A stretch of DNA of 64,000 nucleotides, taken from contig NC_042997.1 in NCBI RefSeq assembly GCF_006345805.1, positions 121,892,001-121,956,000 of the forward strand. Reading direction: 5' to 3'. A program made the position numbers and the translations under genes. The stretch comes from Octopus sinensis (taxonomy: Eukaryota). Position 1 is the first letter of the stretch. The number at the start of each line of letters is the position of its first letter. Below the pieces are notes generated by a model, which saw nothing but the letters and a program-made list of their open reading frames with translations, was not told the origin of the DNA and made no database searches. Below are positions 53,090 to 64,000 of this stretch, piece after piece.

Positions 53090-56000
53090 TATATGAGTTT
53101 TCTAGCTCATGGACTCAGTCGCTGTTTCCTTTGCCTTTCTTTAACGGGACATTCTGTAGTTCTATCAATAAATTACATTTAAGACATTTTCTTGACTCCT
53201 GCAACTGTTTCTCTCTTTTCTCGTTATAACTCTGACATTTCAGTCTCTGCTTTGTACTTGTTGCCCTCCTTCAAAACCAAAAAAAAAAAAAAATTATTCG
53301 TGTTTTGTATGCGACTTCGAGTTTTGTATTGCTTATATCTTGGTACTTCCAGTTTTGCTGGCCGATACTAAGATATATTGATTTTAATTATTTAAATATG
53401 TTCAGGTTTAGACTTCCATCTGATGCATGATATCTTTACAATTTTCTATTTTTAAGTCTTCCACATATTTTCATTGAAATTTGTGCTCGCTTTTGTTATA
53501 CTGCTGTATTTTTATAACATCTTATGACATTTCCCTCTAATTTGCGGGTCTTGAAAATTAACATCCAATATTTAGTATATTGTTGTTTACACCAGGAGCA
53601 AGTTTATTATTACTGGTGATGACAACTTTTGCGTGTATCAATCATTAGTACTTTTTATGCATAGAATTCACAATACGAATTCCTCGTTCCACCTTGGGTT
53701 GAACTGCATGATTTTTGTGTGTATGTGAGTGTTATAATCTTTTTAGTGGTGAAAAGGCTTCATTCGAATGTTAATATGAATCGTGCTGCGATTCATTGTT
53801 CACACAAAGTGTCATATCGCCAACTGCTATGAACAATTTTAATACTTTAATTATATGAGACAATGATCAAGATTATTTTTCTTTACCGATCTTATTAATT
53901 ATCCTTTAGCATTTTGATCACTGTATTTTCTTGATCTGTTTCGTTGGCTTTTTGATTCTTTGCTATTGGATTCTGTTCGGAGAAGTCAAGGAGTGTCGTT
54001 GCATGTTAAATGTTCCTAGGTCATCGTCATCATCATCATCATAATATATCGTGGTTACGGTCGCCGTCATCATCATGATCATCGTCATAATATTTTCAAC
54101 TATTTTACGCCAGCGAACCATTTTCATTTATTATCGCATAAATGTGTTTTACTGCAACAACTGTATATCGATTTCTTTCTTGTATTATTTTCGAATTTCG
54201 TCGGTTGTGTAGGGTATGTGCTATGTCAGTTGTATATTTGTTTCGACTGTGCTTTATCATTAGTAAAATATGTTTTCGTGTTCTTTGACAATTGTGTATA
54301 GCTTATACTAGGTGGGCAATGCAGTGTAAGTAGCTTAGTAAACAATGCACACTTATGAGTGTACTATTGCATAGAAAAGTTCATACGCGAACTTCTCTAT
54401 AGTTATATGTAAATATGAGCACTGGTTATATACAGAAGGGTTAAGACGTATGTGTCGATCTGTACAATGAAAACTATGATACTTGAATGGAAATGAAAAA
54501 GTGATTATATTTGGTTTAAAACCATAAACGAATGAAAGTAGCTATTTTATGGCAGCACAAGAATCCCTTGCTCTAAATTAAAGTAAAATAGCATGATATC
54601 TTGAATCTACAACTTTCTAATCTGTTTAACACTTTGAGATATCTTCTCAGCCATTCTTCTCCACTTACAATTAGATACTTGCAGAATCACACACAAAGCA
54701 TACGTAGAGATATTGCATTCATATCTTCCAACAATTTCCATGCCACAGCTGCATAATTATTTCAACCTCACACCTAAGAAAGCGACTTCAAATAATACTC
54801 TAAAACTATCAGTTCTCAAATCCCTGCTGTGTCTTATGAGTGCTCTCTAATATTAGAAAGAAACAATCATCACACTGAACATCATTCACATACACAGCAG
54901 ACCATAATTTGTGTAATTTAGTAGAAAATACCAACAACATTTACATTATATGTTGTAGAAATGCAAAATGTAAACGACACTGTGAAGCTCAAACCCATTA
55001 ATGGTACACGCAATCCAGAACATTAACATTAAAAATGCTAAAATGAAATATTAGTTCCATCCTGGATTATATCGGTTCAGCTTCGGTTTCTCAGTGTCTC
55101 GCCAACAAACCACATAAAAATGTCAAGACACATACACATAAAATAGTCAGGCAAGATTTACTGATACGTTTAAATGGCCAGTAAATAAAAGCATATCTCA
55201 CTATCCGTTGAAATATATTACCTATTTTTTGTTCTTTTTTGTTGGTGTAATCATTCGGTAGTCCAATGAAATGTGTTTCAACTACTCACTAATTCAATAT
55301 CAATGACAGTTCTTAGTAATAGTTCGAAATAATGTTTCAATGGCAAATAATTCTATGTGTATGAATATAATATATTATAATTGATACCTACAGAGGAACA
55401 ATTCCTTCTATCACTACCCTATAAGAAGTAGTGGCCGCTATTTCCTGGCATACTGAAAAGTCAACACTTGCCTGCATTTCAGAGTATATTGTGTCATCCG
55501 CCCTATATCAATTTAGATGTAGCTCGTACGTAAACAGTCTATCTCATCTCTGCGTATGTCAACGAGGTACTTATACTTGGTCACATGAAATGCTAGCATC
55601 TTCTCACTTAAATTACATCCTCTTACCTAGAAGGAGGAATAAACACATTGGATACTAATGCCCTAGATAGAGCATAATAAAAAATATATAGTATGAGCTT
55701 TGATAAGATTACATTAGATATGTAGGTATTTACCGTTAAACAAGAAATGGGTTTTCCTAGATACAACTTGTCTGAAAAATAAACCATCTCGGTTTTGCTT
55801 CAAAAAGTGGTATCAAGGTATACATGTATTTTTAGTAAAATGTATTAGAATTTCATTGAATTCCAAATTAAATTGTTACCATTTTTTTCTTTTATCAAGA
55901 GAAGGGAATTATGACAGTGAGACATTCCTATGCATTTTCATTTCCAATTTTGGAATATCTCATAGAAATATAAAATTTTGAGTTATTTTCTCGTGTACAT

Positions 56001-56734
56001 GTAAATATTTGTTATTGTAAAAATATGGGGAACTATCATTAACATTTAATTAGAGATGGCTTGAAATAGCTTTCATTACACTACCAAATGATAAAGCTCA
56101 CATAGTAAAGTAATAATACAGAATAATTCTGTAAGAAATATAAACTTCAACAGTTGGTGATATATAATTATATTCATCGGTCTTCTAAAACACACAGAGA
56201 AATCCTGTATGACGATTTTATATGTTCTTTGAATTGTTTCATAAAGAAGCAGGTGAAATTGCAATAAATGCACGCGCTTATTGCTCACTGGAAGTCGAAT
56301 ATCGGGCATGGATACTTCGATACACAACCAAAGCAACCTTAACACATTTTCTATTCTTTTGTCTTTCTCTAGCGAATGTACTATATTTTTCTTATCCAGT
56401 GTTTTCAGAACAACGATACATTATCCCATCGGGTTTAAAACAAATGGGTATCTTGATGCATAAGATAAGACTAGGAGTATATTTTATACCCTCTTCCTAA
56501 CATCGTAACATGGGACGATTGATTTCTTATGATGTTATATCTATGTAACAATACATTCATTTAGTTGGCAGCTGATTTCCTTCCTGAATTTTTATATTGC
56601 ACAGTACTACATGCAATAAATAAAGCAAATTAACCTTAATAAGATAATTATACATCTACAAGTATTTGAAAATAGAACATTAAATTATACATAATAGTTT
56701 CAAATTTTATGGTCTCTCACCTATCTATCTATCT

Positions 56735-56765
<31 letters not shown>

Positions 56766-57904
56766 TATATATATATATATATATCGTGTGTGTGTTTCTC
56801 TAAAGTTGATGCAATTTCTTATTTTGTTTCACTAACTGGGATGCAAGAAATATGTTCAATCTTTTAATTGATCTTGTTTCTGCAAAGTGGAACCATCTGC
56901 GCAAAGCATATTTTTACGAACTATGTTGCTAATTGAGATTTTTCCTCTGGCACTAGAAATAAAGAAATTAACATTTTAGCACAGAAAAAATACTAAAATC
57001 TATGAGATCAAACGCAACTGTTACTGACTGAAATTAATATTCTTTGTCTACAATCAATTGTAAAGCCTTTCTTTGAATAAATGTCGGTGATATAATAGTC
57101 GTCTTTAATGAAGTATAGCCATAAGCAATTATGTATAATGATAGTAATGATAGTTACTGAAGTCTTCTGACTCCAGTGCCAATCTTCGTGTTGAAAAGTT
57201 TCGAAGTCTTCTGTAATCATAGATGGGTTAAATCATTAAGTAGACTGCTGATATAATTAGCAGGGAAAACTATGCTGGCGACCTATGAAATATAATTGTA
57301 CAGCAGAGACTGATTATTGGATACTGTATTAAATATAACACTCAAAATCTAGTAAAATATCCTTCAAAATTCTAAGAAAGGGCCGGAAGCAACATTCTAT
57401 GTAATCTGTAAATCGAGTAAAAGTATATAATTAGATGAATGGCACTGTAAATAAATACTATAGAAAAATAAACAAATGTGTGTACGTTTAAAATGACTTG
57501 CAAAAATTGACGTGGAAGGAAGACAAATTTTAAACTGTAGATGTCAATTATTATTATTATGTATTTAATATTTTCTTTGTAGTAATTCTTCTTCTTCTAC
57601 TTCTTCTGCTTCTCCTCGTATGTGTGTGTGTCTTATTGTACATGATATAAATATTTTTGCTGACATTCCCAAAGAGCACGCTTTTATTTCATAAAAATAA
57701 ACCCTTCATAATGCAGAAATAATAACTTTGTTGGACAGTAATGTATATTACAGTTGCATATGCGGATGTGAAGCAGAAACGGGTTGATATCGGATCTGAG
57801 TTATTCCTGCTTGGAAAATCCTTGTATTTTTTTTTTTTTAGCTAGGACAACGTTAGCTAAGTGTCTATCCTTTTTCATGTTGCTAAATATGTAAAGACTA
57901 TTTT

Positions 57905-58360
57905 TTTTTACTACCCACAAGGGGCTAAACATAGAGGGGACAAACAAGGACACACAAACGGATTAAGTCGATTACATCGACCCCAGTACGTAACTGCTAT
58001 TTAATTTATCGATCCCGAAGTTGCTAAATATGTAATGGTTTCCCTCACAAGCGTTGCATCAGTGAACATTAAATTCTTAATTTGCTTCCAAATACGATTA
58101 AACTTTTCATTAAAAGTCACCTTCATTACAATTAATTACAATATTGGTTTCAAATATTGGCACCAGACCAGCGAATTCAGTGAAGTGGGGTAATTCGATT
58201 ACATCGTGTCCAGCGTCCAACTGTTACTTATTTTATCGACCCCGAAAGGATGAAAGGCAAAGTCGACCATGGCAGGATTTTGAACTCAGAACGTAAAGAC
58301 GGGCAGAATGCCGCTAAGCGTAAAGCTCAGCGTGCTAACGATTCTGCCAGCTTCACGTCA
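57905..58360 (-). mobile_element. Two SINE family B pieces (3' half 57905-58020; full copy 58150-58360)
   Basis: Reverse-complement matches to family B. Confidence 0.8.
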
Positions 58361-58498
58361 TCACGACTAATTACAATATTACAAATGAAACAATCGAGCT
58401 ACGAAAATGGGAAGGTAATGCTTTTCAAATGCTATCCTCAATTTTCTCCGAAAATATGTTTTTCAATATGGTTTGCAATATAGTTTTCAATATAGTTT

Positions 58499-58729
58499 AG
58501 GGCAGCGAGCTGGCAGAATCGTTAGCAAGCAGGGCGAAATGATTAACGGTATTTCGTCTGCCGTTACATTCTGAGTTCAAATTCCGCTTAGGTCGACTTT
58601 TCATTCTCCTTTCGGGGTCGATTATATAAGTACCAGTTACGCACTGTAGTCGATGTAATCGACATAGTCCCTTTGTCTTTCCTTGTTTGTCCCCTCTTTG
58701 TTTAGCCCCCAGTGGTCAATAAAGAAATA
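58499..58729 (+). mobile_element. SINE family B copy with 10-bp TSD
   Basis: AATATAGTTT at 58489-58498 and 58730-58739. Confidence 0.9.
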
Positions 58730-58747
58730 AATATAGTTTGCAAAAGA

Positions 58748-59046
58748 AGGCGTAGTAGTAGCTGTGTGGTAAGTAGCTTGTTTACCAACCACATGGTTCC
58801 GGGTTCAGTTCCACTGCATAGCACCTTGGGCAAGTGTCTTTTACTATAGCCTCGGGCCGACCAAAGCCTTCTTAGTGGATTTGGTAAACGGAAACTGAAA
58901 AGAAGCTCGTCGTATATATGTATATATATATATTTGTACGTGTGTGTATATGTTTTAGTGTCTGTGTTTGTCCCCCCTATATTGCTTGACAACCGATGCT
59001 GGTGTGTTTACGTCCCCGTAACTTAGCGGTTCGGCAAAATAGACCG
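58748..59046 (+). mobile_element. SINE family A, 5' part, truncated at GACCG
   Basis: Matches family A until GACCG, then switches to the ORF1-like sequence. Confidence 0.9.
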
Positions 59047-60097
59047 TATGGTTGCTGTTTGACAACGGGGAAAAGGCTCGCCAGTTTTCGAGTCACCCTT
59101 TAGAAGGCAAGGAAATTTTGTTTCTTCCGTCATATTATGGAAGAAAATTAATACGAGCCTGGGTATCTGGGCTCCCCCCGGGCACCGAAGCGGGTTGGAT
59201 TGAAGATACCATCCGACGGGGACTTGGGGATGGCGGGCCCAGGCTCTTAAATGTAAGGGTATTGCCGGCGGTCGATTGGGAAGGGTCAAAAGCGATTTTG
59301 GCCCTGTGGACCCCATCGGCCGTTACAGAACTGGTTTTTCCAGATTTCTTGAAAATGGCTGGCTGCAGGTATCCGGTGATACTTGAGGGACGTCCCCGAA
59401 AGTGGCCTCATGCCTCCAGCCAGGCCACATTAAAAGGAACTGCCCCCAGGACCATGGTAATGTCCTGAAACAGTCGCCAGATGCCACCTCCCCTACCCGG
59501 TCAAAGGGAGAGGTGGATATGGTCGAGGAGGCTTCAGCCTCCTTAACTAAAAAAGGATTAAAAATGAAGAAGGCGGGCAACAATAGTTGCCCGCCGAAGG
59601 AACCTAAGGCTTCGGGAGGCGGGGGAGAGTCTCCGGACAAGGCGGAAGAGCTCCAATCTCCCGAAGCCAGGAATAAAAGAAAAAAAAGAAAGAAGAAGAA
59701 CGGGTCATCTCAGCAGAGAGATGATGTACCGACTGCATGCCCCGAAGTTGCGCCACCCACGGTGGAAGAAACCACCCCCACCCTTAAAGTTGATCAATTG
59801 ATTATCTTTTTCTACAAGGGTGGGGAGGTGGAAAAAATAGTAGAAGAACATAAAGAAACAATAGATATGCCCTTCACATGGGATCCCGAATGGCCTCCGC
59901 AGATAGCTGTGGAGGTCATAAGGCTTCCCTTGTGGGAAAGGCTTAAAGGATTTGGGGAGGAGTGTCGCATATGGCCGGGTGGCCCTTACACGACTTACAT
60001 GTCCTACATGAGTGAGGCATGGGAAATGGCGGGATGCAGGAACTCAAGCGGCATTGAAGATAATGATGAATATATCGCTGGATATATCGAAGAGTAG
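59046..60097 (+). pseudogene. LINE ORF1/gag-like protein with CCHC zinc knuckle, 5'-truncated, one frameshift
   Basis: ORFs 59052-59468 and 59402-60097 join near 59403. VILEGRPRK is followed by (C)ASCLQPGHIKRNC (CX2CX4HX4C with the first Cys lost at the frameshift), then a basic, low-complexity tail. It is markedly more GC-rich than its flanks. Confidence 0.7.
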
Positions 60098-60416
60098 GAG
60101 GTGAAAAACCCTCGTTACAGAGTTTGAAACCTCACCTTATTGGACTATTTTGTAGTGGTTTATAACCTCAATTTTGTGTTTTAAGAAAGAAAAATGAAAA
60201 TATGTTAAGTAAGAGGTTTTAGTGCCTCCTCCTTGTAAAAGGCTTGAAACCTTATATTGATTTAAAAAAAAAAAGAAAATATGTTTTCGAGAAAAATCCA
60301 ATCGGCGGGCGTTGGGTTTCATCTCTCATCTATTCATTATAATTCATTTCATTCATTAATGTGTTTGTCCAGCCTGCAAAGCTCTTTGTACTGTATATAT
60401 GACAAATTTATGAAAT

Positions 60417-60785
60417 AAAGTAGCTTGCTTACCAGCCAAATGGTTCCGGGTTCAGACCCACTGCGTGGCACTTTGGGGAAGTGACTTTTACTATAGCCTC
60501 GGGCCTACCAAAGCCTTGTGAGTGGATTTGGTAGATGGAAATTGAAGAAAAGCCCGTCGTATATATGTATATATATATATATGTGTGTGTGTGTTTGTGT
60601 CTGTGTTTGTTCCCCCAACATCGCTTGACAACAGATGCTGGTATGTTTACGTCCCCGTAACTTAGCGGTTCAGCAAGAGACCGATAAAATAAGTACTAGG
60701 CTTACAAAGAATAAGTATTTGCTCGACTAAAGGTGATGCTACAGCATGGCCGCAGTCAAATGACTGAAACAAGTAAAAGAGAGAG
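60417..60785 (+). mobile_element. SINE family A copy, 5'-truncated
   Basis: Matches family A from AAGTAGCTTGC to the AAGTAAAAGAG tail. Confidence 0.9.
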
Positions 60786-61645
60786 TATATATACGCCCAA
60801 TCATTTAAGCCATAACCATTAATCATGGAATTATGTACTTACATACATACATACAAATATACACATACAGAGAGCACGTGTATGTGCTAACTCTGGTTAG
60901 CACATAATTCAGTCAGGGAGTAAAAGCCGAAAGCGCCTCGATCTACTATTTGGCATATATGAAGAAAGCGAAGATGTGAGTGGCTCATTACGACCTTTCT
61001 CTTAGTCTAACACCAAAATTAGTATGAGAAAGAGGGAGGCACAAAAACCGAAAAATAGAGTAACACCTACAGTGAAAGGAATGGACTACAGATGAGTGCT
61101 GTGCGGTAATGTAATTTTTATCAAATGAAGAGCTGACTTTTTGCAGGGAATAATATGGATATTAATTGAGTGCAAAAGAATGTGTTTTTTTTTTTTGTAC
61201 ATAATCTATTTGTTATTTCATTAAATGTAATCCCTTAATTCCGTAAACAATCGTATGCTCTTTGCCATTAAATCTGTATTAAAATCTCGCTAGACTTTGA
61301 CAATGTTCTTTTGCACATGATTCTGAAGAAATAAAACTGTTGAAGATAATGAAGATTGTTATGAAAATGTGTAAGCGCATACTATATCCAAACAATAATT
61401 TAACAACGAATAAAATATCGATGTGCTAATAACAAATCATATCTCGATAATATTTCTAATGGTTTTGCTACTAAATTGGCATTCATTAATATTTTGAAGA
61501 GCAAGAAAAGAGATTCAGAGCTACAAGTCAAAGAAATTCAGTTTCATATAATTATTACGTGTGCCTAAACACACACATATATATATGCATCTACACACAT
61601 AGCCGCGCGCGCGCACACACACACACACACATATATCAGCACATA

Positions 61646-61687
<42 letters not shown>

Positions 61688-61760
61688 TATGCATGTATGT
61701 GTGCATGTATATACACTCACACCACACGTGTGCGTCTATCTAATCTATTTATCTATTTAT

Positions 61761-61826
<66 letters not shown>

Positions 61827-62381
61827 ATACTCAAACCCACATACGCGTCCACAATTACGTACACGTGTCTTTATGTATGTACGTAATGAAATGCGAAATA
61901 TTACTGTTATTCCCACTGATTATAATTTTTATTCAAATCTCAAATCAAACAGTAATTATCTAGATCGATTTTGGTAACACTGTTCATCAGAAATATTTTG
62001 CATAAATGCGTAGGCGTCCATTGTAATTCTATTGTCATTTTCACGACTGAAAGAAACATTTTTTCCTTGTCTGTAGTTAAAAGAATCTTCTCTTCGTGAA
62101 TAGATTAAAACAAATATCTTATTCAGTTTAACAAAAATACTTGAATTTATTCCGAATTGTCTTATCCAAAAAGTATTATGAAAATTAAAGATTTACTTGT
62201 ATGCATAATCTCAGTATAGTCATAGATAATAAATGGAAAAATGATATTTTGTTTTTCTGTTCTTTTCTGTGAAATATCAAAATGAATATTTGCAATTATG
62301 CAACTGGAAGAAATATTTCGCTCAATGCTCCTTATGTATATACGCTTCTCCGCGTATATGCGTGTGAGTGTGTGTGTGTGT

Positions 62382-62420
<39 letters not shown>

Positions 62421-63811
62421 CAGACTAATGAATGAAGAAATTTGTTTGTACATTTGTTTGTATTTATTAACACTTTAATTAAGATTCTCATTGTTTAAGG
62501 TTTCGCAGGTGTCTTCGTAACCAGATGCTAGAATACAAACTAGAAATAATTTCAAAGAAATCTAAAATTGCTTCCTTTTGGAAAATTTTAAATCTCCATT
62601 CGTTGTTTTCGCTATCATACTGAACGGAATTCTGTTAGCAGTAAATCTATACAGAGTAGTAGAGATTTGTGTTCCTCACTCTGACAACCTCAAACACGAC
62701 GCGATATATCAGTGACATTAAGTGTATTAGATACAGCATGTAGCACGTTAGACAAGTTGTGAGCCGGTTAGTTCTCGTGTTCAGTCGCAACAATTACACG
62801 TGGTGAGGTAACCAATTTGATGAGGTTAGAATACATTTGAGTTTAGGTGGCGGACACGGAATACAGCAGGCGTATATCTCTTCTGACAGCAATCATTATA
62901 TACCCTTCCATTGAGCTTGAGCTAACAAGGCAATTTATCGGTTGCCAGTAGACTGAAGTAATTCAAATTTGAGTACAAAAATCCAGGTGGAACTTCCGTT
63001 CTAAGGGGTTAGGATGGGAACAAAATGTGGGTGTGTAAATGCAAATATAAATATGTATCCTTTCTGGAAGTAGATATAAAAAAGAAGCGGTTTGTGTGTG
63101 GCAGAGTGGCGTATGTGTATAGAGATATTCAAAAGTGGAAGTATAGTTGTGTTGGTGGGAGCAGCTGTTGGTGTGTAGTCATTTTGTGGTTGGTGTGAAC
63201 GCGTAAGGAGATGAGACGGTGTGATAGCGTGACAGAATAAAGATATCGGTGAAATATTTGAGATGGTGGGATCAATAGGGAAGTTGTCTTTCATGTTTTC
63301 ACAAAGGCAAATGGGTTTAAAAGAAAAGTTTGAGAGAAAAAAAAGGTAATATGTGTAAATTCTGTGGAGTAAGGTAAGGACAAAAAATTGTTAAAATTTG
63401 CACAACATTGATAAAAGAACTGGAACATAAGGTAGAGTCTCCAGAGAATGGTAAGAAACTGGTAAAGTTCACGATAGAGAAATAACTGCGTTGATGTAGC
63501 TGGCAAATTCTGCCGAGAATAACTCCAAATGTGATGCATGTTGTGTTAAAAGAAAATGTTGGCGGGGAGATTAAAAAAAAATTGAGTAGCTTCTGTTGGT
63601 ATGTCTGTTTCTCATAACACCTATGAAAATAATTCTTCGAGTTGACCTGTGGCCGGCAATGTCACTATTCCATTCAATAAATAAATATCGAAGAAATAAG
63701 TACTCTGGTTAATATTTCACTATTTTAATTGATTTAACTTTGACTCATTCGTTATGGGGTTTTAACATTTTGAGTGGAAGGAATCCTTCTTTACAGTAAC
63801 ATATGTAAATT

Positions 63812-64000
63812 AACGAATGCAAAACATGTTCGGACTTAATAACGAATGCAAAACATGCTCGAACTTAACAACGAATGCAAAACATGTTCGAACTTAATAA
63901 CGAATGCAAAACATTTTCGAACTTAATAACGAATGCAAAACATGTTCGAACTTAATAACGAATGCAAAACATGTTCGAACTTAATAACGAATCCAAAACA
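63812..64000. repeat. 29-bp minisatellite, at least 6.5 copies, runs off the window
   Basis: Unit AACGAATGCAAAACATGTTCGAACTTAAT at 63812, 63841, 63870, 63899, 63928, 63957 and 63986, with no spacers. Confidence 0.95.

Noticed and set aside
60881-60906. 11-bp hairpin TATGTGCTAAC-TCTG-GTTAGCACATA
   Set aside because: It is short, isolated and partly made of low-complexity sequence. It is not a bacterial terminator in this context.
62990-63560. Strand-skewed block, possible LINE remnant
   Set aside because: The composition is suggestive but no diagnostic motif could be read in any frame.
63812-64000. CRISPR-like 29-bp repeat
   Set aside because: The units are contiguous with no unique spacers, there are no cas genes, and the context is eukaryotic.

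Overview
Gene-poor, AT-rich, microsatellite-saturated animal genomic DNA. The repeat families look cephalopod/octopus-like, which is an inference from recognising the SINE types and not from a search. No host protein-coding exon could be supported, and most ORFs in the track are microsatellite read-through. The window is a stack of transposon remnants: a mariner 3' end, two abundant tRNA-derived SINE families, RTE, CR1-type and restriction-like-endonuclease (R4/Dong-type) LINE fragments, a near-intact 2,855-bp hAT (SPIN/Charlie-like) element with perfect 16-bp TIRs and an 8-bp TSD, and a gag/ORF1-like zinc-knuckle ORF. The most striking signal is a set of hammerhead-ribozyme (HHR) motifs in several unrelated small elements. 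Most sit in (TA)n tracts and carry a fold-back inverted arm, which is Penelope-like architecture. They include a 474-nt tandem monomer with one well-formed HHR per unit (retrozyme/circRNA candidate, 27.6-28.7 kb), a 473-bp palindrome with an HHR in each arm (39.8-40.3 kb), a truncated Penelope-like element with a GIY-YIG C-terminal remnant (29.2-33.9 kb, split by the hAT), and a tRNA-headed SINE with an HHR-like tail (43.7-44.1 kb). All folds and translations were done by eye.
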